64,000 nt of DNA, from contig CAVAGP010000003.1 in assembly GCA_963588175.1 (NCBI GenBank), positions 34,871 to 98,870 of the forward strand. The letters are read 5' to 3'. Under the pieces are notes generated by a model. The model did not search any database and was not told the origin of the DNA. It saw nothing but the letters and a program-made list of their open reading frames with translations. Within the stretch, counting starts at the first letter, position 1, and each line of letters starts with the position of its first letter. A program made the position numbers and the translations under genes. Below are positions 49,678-58,570 of the stretch, one piece after another. The DNA comes from Faecalibacillus sp. Lineage in GTDB: Bacteria > Bacillota_I > Bacilli_A > RFN20 > CAG-826.

Positions 49678-50244
49678 ATGTCTTTCCGCAAGTATAGAGC
49701 ACTTGACTTAAGCATTTGGCTAGTAATCTATCTGGTGTTTGAGTTCATCATCGTAAGAGCCGCTACAAAATGGTTTCCAGACCAGGCCTATAGCGTCTCT
49801 TTGATGTTGCCAATGCTTCTCCTCATCATGATGAGATGGGGTCCATACGTTTCTATCCATGCAGTCCTATTCGGTGCTGCTTTTGTTTTATTTAATGGTT
49901 GGCCCGGAACCTGGCAGCAATACGTCATCTACCTCATCGGGAATGGCGGTTTTATGATTACCCTTTGGTTCTTGCTAGGATTTGGGAAAGATAGAGTAAA
50001 AGGCAAATGGTATTACACCGTTTTATATGCCACCATAGGTTTTATTTCCATGGAAGTATTCCGGGGAATTGCTGCGATAATCGTTTCTAATGAGCCATTT
50101 GAGATCATCACCAGTTTCATCTTCACGGATATGCTCTCATTCGCTTTTGCTGTGATTGTTTTGTTAATTGCTAGACAAGTTCCTGGCTTGTTCCAAGACC
50201 AGGCTCAATATGTCAGAAACGTCCAAAAGGAGGCCGAAGAATAA
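49678..50244 (+). CDS. Small polytopic membrane protein E (188 aa), unknown function
   Basis: 5-6 hydrophobic segments. Its start is 1 nt after the ATPase-2 stop, and its stop overlaps the GH28 start codon (TAATG). Confidence 0.4.
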   Translation: MSFRKYRALDLSIWLVIYLVFEFIIVRAATKWFPDQAYSVSLMLPMLLLIMMRWGPYVSIHAVLFGAAFVLFNGWPGTWQQYVIYLIGNGGFMITLWFLLGFGKDRVKGKWYYTVLYATIGFISMEVFRGIAAIIVSNEPFEIITSFIFTDMLSFAFAVIVLLIARQVPGLFQDQAQYVRNVQKEAEE

Positions 50245-51764
50245 TGAAAGCTGTGTTTGTCTCTTGCGTAAGCGCTACTTTTGAACTAGATAATCAAGAT
50301 ATCTATTTCTCAGAGAAAAAATTCTCAATCAAAGTCAATGGGACCCTTTATGAAGAAGATGTTGAGACCAACGTTTTTTCCATCTTTAATTTAGAGCCAA
50401 ACAAAGACTACGAAATCGAAGCAAACGAGCAATCATGCAGCATCAAAACGCCATCCGTGAGCGAAATCGTCTCATTATTCCCTGGATGCGATTTGCAAGA
50501 GGAAATCCTAAAAGCAAAAGACAACGCTTTAATCGAACTCAACAAAGGCGATTACTATATCACTTCATTGCTTTTGAGAAACAATGTCACAATCAACATC
50601 AAGAAAGGGGCTACGCTTCTAGCCAATTTAAATCCAGATGATTATCCGGAAATCCCGCCATATTTCACCAACGAAAAAGGCGAGGAGGAAGTTTATGGCA
50701 ACTGGGAAGGAACCGCTCAAAGGATGAAACGTTCCATCGTCATGGCTCATCACGTGAAGAACGTCATACTCGTCGGAGAAGGCACAATCGATGGCCAAGC
50801 CCAGTTATCAACTTGGTGGATTGACTGTAAAAAGAAAACTCCGAGACCACACCTTATTTTCATATCCCATTCAAACCACATCTATCTGCAAGGCCTCCAT
50901 ATAATGAATTCCCCACAGTGGACAATCCATCCATTTTTCGCAAATTCTTGCGGATTCTACGATTTATTCATTGAAAATCCGAAGATTTCTCCGAATACTG
51001 ATGGTCTTGATCCTCAATCATCCAGCAATATTGAGATCATCGGGGTCCGTTTTTCCGTTGGAGATGACTGCATTGCCGTCAAATCCGGGAAGATGGATAT
51101 GGCAACTAGATACAAGAGACCGTGCGACAAAATCACCATCCGCAATTGCTGGATGCAATATGGGCATGGAGGGGTTGTTCTAGGATCTGAAATGTCTGGA
51201 GGAATCACAAACCTCAATGTAGAAAGGTGCTATTTCGACAAAACCGATAGAGGATTGAGAATCAAAACAAGGAGAGGACGCGGTAAATTAGCCATAATCG
51301 ATAACGTCTACTTCAAAGACATCAAGATGGATGGGGTTCTATCCCCAATCACGATGAATATGTTCTATTTCTGTGACCCAGATGGGAAAACAGAATACGT
51401 CTGGAGCAAAGACAAATTGCCAGTAGATGATAGAACACCATACTTAGGCAAATTCACATTCGAAAGAATCGCGGCCACGAACGCAGAACAAGCCGCGGCG
51501 TACTGCTATGGCCTGCCAGAAATGCCTATAAACGAAATAAACATCATGGATTCACGCTTCTCCTTCAAAGAGGACGCGAAGGCTGGCACTCCCGCTATGA
51601 TGAGTTTCGCCGAAGAGTGCAGAAAACAGGGTTTTGTCTTCAATAACGTCAAAACGGTAAACATCAAAAACGTGACAATTAGCGGGCATGTGGGCGATCC
51701 TATAAGAACCAGTGGGGTTGAGAAGATAACAACCGAAATGTTCAAAACGGAGGAAGAGCAATGA
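50244..51764 (+). CDS. GH28 polygalacturonase / exo-poly-alpha-galacturonosidase
   Basis: GH28 catalytic motifs NTDGLD, GDDCIAV, GHGGVVLGSE and RIKT. Confidence 0.85.
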   Translation: MKAVFVSCVSATFELDNQDIYFSEKKFSIKVNGTLYEEDVETNVFSIFNLEPNKDYEIEANEQSCSIKTPSVSEIVSLFPGCDLQEEILKAKDNALIELNKGDYYITSLLLRNNVTINIKKGATLLANLNPDDYPEIPPYFTNEKGEEEVYGNWEGTAQRMKRSIVMAHHVKNVILVGEGTIDGQAQLSTWWIDCKKKTPRPHLIFISHSNHIYLQGLHIMNSPQWTIHPFFANSCGFYDLFIENPKISPNTDGLDPQSSSNIEIIGVRFSVGDDCIAVKSGKMDMATRYKRPCDKITIRNCWMQYGHGGVVLGSEMSGGITNLNVERCYFDKTDRGLRIKTRRGRGKLAIIDNVYFKDIKMDGVLSPITMNMFYFCDPDGKTEYVWSKDKLPVDDRTPYLGKFTFERIAATNAEQAAAYCYGLPEMPINEINIMDSRFSFKEDAKAGTPAMMSFAEECRKQGFVFNNVKTVNIKNVTISGHVGDPIRTSGVEKITTEMFKTEEEQ

Positions 51765-52441
51765 TCAAATCAATTGATTCAATATATGAAGAGATAAGAA
51801 ACAAAATCATATATCTCGAATTGCCGCCCAATACCAAAATCCGCGAAGAGGATTTAGCGGAAGAATACAAGATTTCTAGGACACCGATCAGAGGCATTAT
51901 CTCCCGACTCGTTCAGGATAAGCTTTTGGTGGTAGCCCCTCAAAAGGGAACCTTTGTCACAAGAATCAACATCAAAGAAATTCATGACTATATCTTCATA
52001 AGAAAGTCCGTTGAGCTAGCAGTCATCAAAATCGTCGCGGAAGTCGCAACAGATGAGGATTTGGATGCCTTGATGGCAATACTTGATGAGCAAAAGACAA
52101 TTGCCGCCCAAGAACCTTCAATCGAGAAATCAATCGCCTTCTATAAAACCGACAACGAATTCCACCGATTGATGTTCAAAATCGCCGGGGAGGAAAACGT
52201 ATGGAACCTGGTTATTGGAGGTGTTACACCTCTTAACAGGGCTCGTATCATGGCCAATCTCAGAGACTCGGAAAGAGTCATGGCGGTCTATGAGCAGCAC
52301 CGCAAAATCGTTGATATGCTTAAAGCAAAAGATAACGAAGCCGCAATAAAAGCGTATGATGAACACCTGGATAGAGGCTTTGACGGCTTAAATCCAGTAA
52401 TCGAGCAATACAAAGACTATTTCGTCGGAGGAGAAAACTAA
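51761..52441 (+). CDS. GntR-family transcriptional regulator, FadR subfamily (wHTH + FCD domain), ExuR/UxuR/KdgR-like
   Basis: N-terminal wHTH EEDLAEEYKISRTPIRGIISRL and a C-terminal all-helical FCD-like domain. Embedded in the hexuronate operon. Confidence 0.8.
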   Translation: MIKSIDSIYEEIRNKIIYLELPPNTKIREEDLAEEYKISRTPIRGIISRLVQDKLLVVAPQKGTFVTRINIKEIHDYIFIRKSVELAVIKIVAEVATDEDLDALMAILDEQKTIAAQEPSIEKSIAFYKTDNEFHRLMFKIAGEENVWNLVIGGVTPLNRARIMANLRDSERVMAVYEQHRKIVDMLKAKDNEAAIKAYDEHLDRGFDGLNPVIEQYKDYFVGGEN

Positions 52442-52442
52442 T

Positions 52443-53855
52443 ATGGAACAATTTATGGATGAAAACTTCCTTTTAAAGACAGAGACAGCGAGAAAACTTT
52501 ATCATGAGCACGCTGAAAAGATGCCAATCTATGATTATCACTGCCATCTTCCTGTAAAAGAGATTTACGAGAATAGACATTTTGAAAATATCACAAAACT
52601 TTGGCTAGTCGAAGATCATTTCGGCGACCATTACAAATGGAGAGCGATGCGCAATAACGGAGTCGAAGAAAAATACATCACCGGAAATGCATCGGACAAA
52701 GAGAAATTCATGAAATGGGCTGAGACGATCCCATACACAGTCGGAAACCCTCTTTATCATTGGACGCATCTCGAATTGAAGAGATTCTTCGGAATCAATA
52801 CCATCTTCTCACCTAAGACCGCTGAAGAAGATTGGGAGATCATGAACAAATACCTTGCCGAACATGGAACTAGAGACATCATCGCCTCCGCTAATGTGGC
52901 AACATTATGCACAACAGACGACCCAGTTGATGACCTCCACTACCACAAGGCCATGTATCAGGATAAGACTATGAAATTCCATGTCTATCCAGCCTTTAGG
53001 CCTGACAAGGTCATCAATGTCGATTGGGATTCCTATGTCCCATACATCAAGCAATTAAGCGATGTTGTCGGATATGAAATCAAAGATTTATACACCCTTG
53101 AGAAAGCATTGAAAGAAAGAATCGAATACTTCCACGAAGCAGGATGCAGAATCTCAGACCACGCCTTAGACGTCGTCATGTATGAGGATGCCAGCGAAGA
53201 TGAAGTCGACGCAATCACGGTTAAAGCCATCAAAGGTGAGAAACTCACCCCATCTGAAATCGCAAAATACCGTGGATTCGTCATTATTTTCTTAGGAAGA
53301 CAATATCACGCTCACAAGTGGGTGCAGCAGTATCACATCAAAGCCTTGCGCAACAATAATGGCAGAATGATGAGAAGTGTCGGTGCCGATACCGGATTCG
53401 ATTCAATCAACGATGGACAAATCGCCACCCCATTATCAAAGATTCTCAATACGCTTGATTCAACAAATGAGCTCCCAAAGACCATTGTCTATTCCCTCAA
53501 CCCAAGCGATAACGAGGTGCTTGCCACTCTTGCCTTCTGCTTTGCTGAACCAGGAGTTCCAGGCAAAATGCAGTTAGGCTCAGGCTGGTGGTTCCTTGAT
53601 CAAAAAGACGGCATGGAAAAACAGTTAACCGCCCTTTCTAACCTTGGCTTATTGTCGAGATTCATCGGAATGCTTACCGATTCAAGATCATTTATCTCCT
53701 ACACGCGTCACGAATACTTCAGAAGAGTGCTCTGCAACTTCTTAGGCGACCTCGTCGAGAACGGTGAGTATCCTAACGATATGGAATTCCTTGGAAAAGT
53801 AGTTGAAGATATCTGCTATAACAATGCAAAGAGATACTTCGACGAATCAAGATGA
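52443..53855 (+). CDS. uxaC: Glucuronate (uronate) isomerase
   Basis: 470 aa, UxaC N-terminal motif FLLKTETARKLYHEHAEKMPIYDYHCHL. Confidence 0.9.
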   Translation: MEQFMDENFLLKTETARKLYHEHAEKMPIYDYHCHLPVKEIYENRHFENITKLWLVEDHFGDHYKWRAMRNNGVEEKYITGNASDKEKFMKWAETIPYTVGNPLYHWTHLELKRFFGINTIFSPKTAEEDWEIMNKYLAEHGTRDIIASANVATLCTTDDPVDDLHYHKAMYQDKTMKFHVYPAFRPDKVINVDWDSYVPYIKQLSDVVGYEIKDLYTLEKALKERIEYFHEAGCRISDHALDVVMYEDASEDEVDAITVKAIKGEKLTPSEIAKYRGFVIIFLGRQYHAHKWVQQYHIKALRNNNGRMMRSVGADTGFDSINDGQIATPLSKILNTLDSTNELPKTIVYSLNPSDNEVLATLAFCFAEPGVPGKMQLGSGWWFLDQKDGMEKQLTALSNLGLLSRFIGMLTDSRSFISYTRHEYFRRVLCNFLGDLVENGEYPNDMEFLGKVVEDICYNNAKRYFDESR

Positions 53856-54526
53856 GTACCATTTATCTAATTGGCGATTCAACCTGTCAGACCAATTTTG
53901 AGGACACCTACCCTCAAATCGGCTGGGGACAGGTTTTTCCTAGTTATGTCAAAGACTGCTATAAGGTTGTTAATCTTGCGAAAAATGGGCGTTCAACCAA
54001 AAGCTTTCGCGATGAAGGATTGTTTGAGCCATGCAAGGAAAACATAAAGAAAGGCGATTATCTTTTCATAGAATTCGGCCACAACGACGAAAAGAAAGAG
54101 GATCCAACTAGATTTACCGATCCATTTGGAAAATATCAGGAAAATCTCCTCTATTTTATAAACACCGCAAGAAGTGTTGGGGCAACTCCAATCCTCTTAT
54201 CCCCGATTTATAGAAGACACTTTGACGAAAACGGAAAAATAAAAGACAACGTCCACCTCAACTATCCAGAGGCCGTTAGACTCTTGGCGGAAAGAGAAGG
54301 CGTTATCTATATCGATATGTGTGAACTCACCAAACAATATCTATCAAAATTAGGAGACGAGGCTTCTAAAGAATTATTCATGAACTTCACTCCAGGCCTA
54401 TACCCAAATTACCCTGATGGCAAAAATGACAACACCCATTTCCGGGAAAAAGGCGCAAAGATGGTGTGCGATATACTCTCGCAAGAATTAAAAAAGAGCA
54501 AAATTACCTCCGTTCTTCTAAAGTGA
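53852..54526 (+). CDS. SGNH/GDSL hydrolase, probable rhamnogalacturonan acetylesterase (CE12)
   Basis: Block I GDSTC, block III GHND, block V DNTH. Confidence 0.75.
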   Translation: MSTIYLIGDSTCQTNFEDTYPQIGWGQVFPSYVKDCYKVVNLAKNGRSTKSFRDEGLFEPCKENIKKGDYLFIEFGHNDEKKEDPTRFTDPFGKYQENLLYFINTARSVGATPILLSPIYRRHFDENGKIKDNVHLNYPEAVRLLAEREGVIYIDMCELTKQYLSKLGDEASKELFMNFTPGLYPNYPDGKNDNTHFREKGAKMVCDILSQELKKSKITSVLLK

Positions 54527-55417
54527 TTTGACGTGAGCCCACTCAATCCTGTCTTTTGAGGCTCCAGGACCATATGATCCTTCCTCATAGAATCTTGCCC
54601 CAAGATGACGGTTTGTTCCTTCCCAAATGGAGAAACCGTCTTTTTTAACGTGAGAATCAAGATAACAATCTTTAAAGATTAGATACCCGTTATCTCTCCA
54701 AGGCCTCCCTAGATAATATGAATCATCCGATGTGCCTTCCCCTTTTAAAATCTTGCAGTGATCAAAGATAAAACCATGCTTATTGTTAAGCTCATGATTT
54801 GGTGCGGCGACCCAACTGCAGGAAGTGCCAGGCTTTTTGATAGGCAAGCAAACGATTTTACAGCTTGAGAACGTAGCCGAGGCTCCTCCAAATATGAAGT
54901 CCACCGTTCCTTCAATGACACAATTATCTAGGTAATGATGGAACTCACCAGAGTAGAATCTTTCGTCATCAGGAAGCAATGTTGCATATCTCTCAATCAA
55001 ATCAGGAGACAAAGGCCCAAGGAACAGGGTGTCTTGTTTTCCCTTGATACGGCAATTCTCCACACGAATATCATCCGCGTATAAGTGAAGCGCGACTGCC
55101 TGACCAACGATGTAGCCCTCTCCAGCATCATTCTCAATCGTCAGGTTTTTCAGTATGACATGTGGAGCTTTGACAATCATCGTATATGTCCTAAATGTCA
55201 CGTATTCCTTTCCATCCGCATGAATTTTAGTTGCGTAATCGTTATAGACCACTTTTGCCTTATTTTGCCCATCAATTACGATATTTGGCTTATCAACCAC
55301 CACTTTCTCGCGGTAAACCTCATCTTCGAGAATAATGGTTGCTGGCCCCAAAACGGCTGAAATGGCATCATTAATCGTTTTTATATCTTCGTTAACGCCG
55401 ACATGTATTGTTTGCAT
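54518..55417 (-). CDS. Pectin methylesterase (CE8)
   Basis: CE8 motifs QDTLF, GTVDFIFG, YLGRPW. The 3' end overlaps the convergent CE12 gene by 9 nt. Start placed at ATG 55417; the track ORF starts at an upstream GTG. Confidence 0.85.
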   Translation of the reverse strand: MQTIHVGVNEDIKTINDAISAVLGPATIILEDEVYREKVVVDKPNIVIDGQNKAKVVYNDYATKIHADGKEYVTFRTYTMIVKAPHVILKNLTIENDAGEGYIVGQAVALHLYADDIRVENCRIKGKQDTLFLGPLSPDLIERYATLLPDDERFYSGEFHHYLDNCVIEGTVDFIFGGASATFSSCKIVCLPIKKPGTSCSWVAAPNHELNNKHGFIFDHCKILKGEGTSDDSYYLGRPWRDNGYLIFKDCYLDSHVKKDGFSIWEGTNRHLGARFYEEGSYGPGASKDRIEWAHVKSL

Positions 55418-55445
55418 GTTTTCATTATACACATTTTCATCATTA

Positions 55446-55477
55446 TTGTTGTATACAACAAAAATTGTTATACAATT
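55446..55477. promoter_or_regulatory. Perfect 16-bp palindrome TTGTTGTATACAACAA (55446-55461) plus a tandem related site ATTGTTATACAATT (55464-55477) in the divergent pectinesterase / kduI promoter region
   Basis: Read directly from the sequence. Same motif as at 40775 and 39219. Confidence 0.55.
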
Positions 55478-55545
55478 ATCGTTAGAAAAGACACTTCACA
55501 CAAAACAATCGCGTTTTTTGTCTATGAGTGTCGATAGGAGACACA

Positions 55546-56385
55546 ATGAGAGAATTAGATGTTCGCTACGCGAATCACCCAGATGATTCCAAACACTACA
55601 CCACCGAAGAACTTCGCAGATATTATTTGATCCAAGAGGTTTTCGTTAAAGACGATATCGCTTTGACATATTCCCACCAGGATAGAATCATCGCAGGCGG
55701 GGCATATCCATTCAGCAAACCATTGAAGCTTGAAGCCGGAGATGCCTTAAGGGCGGATTACTTCCTTCAAAGAAGAGAACTTGGAATATTTAACCTTGGA
55801 GATGATGGAATCGTCTCTTGCGATGGGGTAGATTACCTGCTTCACAAGACCGACTGCTTATATGTCGGCATGGGAACAAGAGAAGTCATCTTTAAGTCAG
55901 TTGACTATGCTCATCCAGCAAAATTCTATATGGCTTCATCCCCTGCCCATAAGACATACCCAACGGTCTATCTTCCAATCGCCAAAGCAAAGAAGGTCCC
56001 ATGCGGAGACCAAGAGCATCTCAACAAGAGAACAATCAACCAGTTCATTCACTCTGACGTTTTGCAAACCTGCCAACTCGCCATGGGGTTGACCCAATTG
56101 GCTCCAGGTTCCGCTTGGAATACCATGCCATGCCATACGCATGAGAGAAGAATGGAAGTCTACTTCTACTTCGATCTTGGAGAAGACGATGTTGTCTTCC
56201 ATTTAATGGGACAGCCACAGGAAACAAGAACCATCGTCATCAAAAACGAGCAGGCAGTCATTTCCCCTTCATGGTCAATCCACGCAGGATTTGCCACAAA
56301 AAATTACACATTCATTTGGGCTATGTGCGGCGAAAACCAAACATATAACGACATGGATGTCATCAAAACAACAGATTTGAAATAA
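55546..56385 (+). CDS. kduI: 5-dehydro-4-deoxy-D-glucuronate isomerase
   Basis: Cupin fold, KduI family. Start placed at ATG 55546, which has an AGGAG Shine-Dalgarno. The track ORF starts at an upstream GTG. Confidence 0.85.
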   Translation: MRELDVRYANHPDDSKHYTTEELRRYYLIQEVFVKDDIALTYSHQDRIIAGGAYPFSKPLKLEAGDALRADYFLQRRELGIFNLGDDGIVSCDGVDYLLHKTDCLYVGMGTREVIFKSVDYAHPAKFYMASSPAHKTYPTVYLPIAKAKKVPCGDQEHLNKRTINQFIHSDVLQTCQLAMGLTQLAPGSAWNTMPCHTHERRMEVYFYFDLGEDDVVFHLMGQPQETRTIVIKNEQAVISPSWSIHAGFATKNYTFIWAMCGENQTYNDMDVIKTTDLK

Positions 56386-56400
56386 ATAAAGGAGGAAAAT

Positions 56401-57198
56401 ATGTCAAATCCATTCTCGCTAGAAGGTAAAGTCGCCCTCATCACAGGCGGTTCCTATGGAATCGGCTTCAACATCGCAAAGGCATTCCACGCAGCCGGAG
56501 CAAAGATTTGCTTCAACGACATCAATGAAGAGGCAGTCGCCAAGGGGCTTGCAAACTATAAAGAAGCAGGAATCCCGGTTCATGGATATGTCGCTAACGT
56601 CACAAACGAAGAAGAGGTTAAGAATCTCGTCGCAAAAATCGAGAAAGAAGTAGGAACAATCGACATTCTTGTCAACAACGCAGGCATCATCCGCCGCATC
56701 CCGATGACAGAGATGGATGTTAAGGATTGGAGACTTGTCATTGACATCGATTTAACCGGACCATTCATCTGCTCAAAAGCCGTTATCCCATCCATGATCA
56801 AGAAAGGCCATGGTAAGATTATCAACATCTGTTCAATGATGTCCGAACTTGGACGTGAGACAGTCTCAGCCTATGCCGCTGCCAAAGGCGGACTTAAGAT
56901 GCTCACGAGAAATATTTGCGCTGAATACGGCGAATACAATATCCAATGCAACGCAATCGGACCTGGTTATATCGCGACCCCGCAGACCGCTCCGCTTCGT
57001 GAAAAACAGCCAGATGGATCACGTCATCCATTCGACCAATTCATTTGTTCAAGAACTCCAGCCGGCCGTTGGTTAGACCCTTCAGAGCTAGGTGGACCAG
57101 CAGTCTTCCTTGCATCTGATGCATCAAACGCAGTCAATGGACATGTCTTATATGTCGATGGTGGCATCCTCGCATATATTGGAAAACAGCCTAAATAA
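56401..57198 (+). CDS. kduD: 2-dehydro-3-deoxy-D-gluconate 5-dehydrogenase (SDR family)
   Basis: TGGSYGIG cofactor-binding motif, YAAAK catalytic motif. Sits next to kduI. Confidence 0.8.
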   Translation: MSNPFSLEGKVALITGGSYGIGFNIAKAFHAAGAKICFNDINEEAVAKGLANYKEAGIPVHGYVANVTNEEEVKNLVAKIEKEVGTIDILVNNAGIIRRIPMTEMDVKDWRLVIDIDLTGPFICSKAVIPSMIKKGHGKIINICSMMSELGRETVSAYAAAKGGLKMLTRNICAEYGEYNIQCNAIGPGYIATPQTAPLREKQPDGSRHPFDQFICSRTPAGRWLDPSELGGPAVFLASDASNAVNGHVLYVDGGILAYIGKQPK

Positions 57199-57292
57199 TC
57201 GGCCAAATCAAAGTTATTTCTAAGAAAAATCACCTCTAATCCCGGATAAAAATAGGAAAGGGGTGTTTTTTTATGAAGCACGGCCAAAAAAC

Positions 57293-57336
57293 AAAAAAAG
57301 ATGCCTCGCCAAAATTAAGGGAGGCATCAATATTTT
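57293..57336. terminator. Bidirectional intrinsic terminator between convergent kduD and kdgK
   Basis: The sequence reads AAAAAAA-GATGCCTC-gccaaaattaag-GAGGCATC-AATATTTT. Confidence 0.55.
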
Positions 57337-57398
57337 GAACTTATGAGTTGACCCAATTAGCCTTTCGACTTATTGGCATAAATCAATTCTAGGCTTAA

Positions 57399-58424
57399 TT
57401 ATCTCTGAACGCGGCCGGAAGCATCACCACCCGCAAGAGCAAGAACCTCTGATTCTGAGACGAGGTTGAAGTCTCCTGGGATTGTGTGCTTAAGAGCAGA
57501 GGCTGCAACTGCAAATTCGAGAGCTTTAGCCTGGTCGCCATTATATTTGATCAAGCCATGGATTAAGCCACCGGAGAAGGAGTCGCCACCGCCGACACGA
57601 TCAACGATTGGCATGATGTCGTAGTGCTTTGATTCATAGAAGTTCTTTCCATCGTATGAAAGAGCCTTCCAGCCATTATGCGTGGCTGAGAGTGATTCTC
57701 TTAATGTCGAGACGACGTATTTGAATCCGAATGTTTCCATCATCTCTTTGAATATTCCGTAGTATCCGGAAGCGTTTGTCTCACCTTTTTCAACATTTGC
57801 CTTTGGCTCAAATCCTAAACAAAGTTTTGCGTCTTCTTCGTTGCCGATGCAGACATCAACGTATTTCATCAATGGCTTCATGACTGAAATAGCTTTTTCT
57901 GAAGTCCAAAGTTTCTTTCTGAAGTTGAGGTCGCAGGACACTGTGACGCCATGTTTCTTTGCTGCGATTAATGCCTGTCTTAAGCATTCTGCTGAAGCAT
58001 CAGAGATTGCTGGTGTGATGCCTGACCAATGGAACCATGTGGCACCTTCGAAAATCTTATCGAAATCAAAATCATCAGGTTTAGCCTCTGCGATAGAAGA
58101 ATGAGCTCTATCGTAGATAACCTTTGAAGGCCTCATAGAAGCACCTGTCTCGAGGTAATAGATGCCTAATCTGTCGCCGCCTCTAGCGATGTAATCTTTG
58201 TGAACACCATATCTTGTGAGAGCGTTGACTGCGCATTGTCCGATTTCATGTGCTGGAACCTTCGAGACGAAATATGCATCATGACCATAGTTAGCAAGAG
58301 AAACAGCAACGTTTGCCTCACCACCGCCATAGCATGCGTCAAATTCCTGACACTGAACGAATCTTGAGTTGCCCGCTGATGATAAGCGGAGCATGATCTC
58401 ACCCATAGTAACGACTTTTGCCAT
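57399..58424 (-). CDS. kdgK: 2-dehydro-3-deoxygluconokinase (PfkB family)
   Basis: 341 aa. PfkB motifs at both ends (GGGEANVAVSLA; DRVGGGDSFSGGLI). Confidence 0.85.
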   Translation of the reverse strand: MAKVVTMGEIMLRLSSAGNSRFVQCQEFDACYGGGEANVAVSLANYGHDAYFVSKVPAHEIGQCAVNALTRYGVHKDYIARGGDRLGIYYLETGASMRPSKVIYDRAHSSIAEAKPDDFDFDKIFEGATWFHWSGITPAISDASAECLRQALIAAKKHGVTVSCDLNFRKKLWTSEKAISVMKPLMKYVDVCIGNEEDAKLCLGFEPKANVEKGETNASGYYGIFKEMMETFGFKYVVSTLRESLSATHNGWKALSYDGKNFYESKHYDIMPIVDRVGGGDSFSGGLIHGLIKYNGDQAKALEFAVAASALKHTIPGDFNLVSESEVLALAGGDASGRVQR

Positions 58425-58484
58425 AATTTATCTCCTTATAAATTAAATTATCTGCTGATAATATTATACCTACAATGACACCAA

Positions 58485-58498
58485 TCTTGTACACAAGA
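58485..58498. promoter_or_regulatory. Operator-like near-palindrome TCTTGTACACAAGA upstream of kdgK
   Basis: TTGT-ACAC-AA core related to the 16-mer motif. Lies in the kdgK / GNAT-Hsp33 divergent region. Confidence 0.35.
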
Positions 58499-58570
58499 TA
58501 CGCTAAAAATATAACAAATAACGCTATGAATTTCTTTTAACGGCAATTAATCGTTTCTATAATTAGCCAC

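Noticed and set aside
57273-57338. 21-codon ORF (MKHGQKTKKDASPKLREASIF) between kduD and kdgK
   Set aside because: It overlaps the bidirectional terminator hairpin and has no Shine-Dalgarno. It is most likely a chance ORF within terminator sequence.
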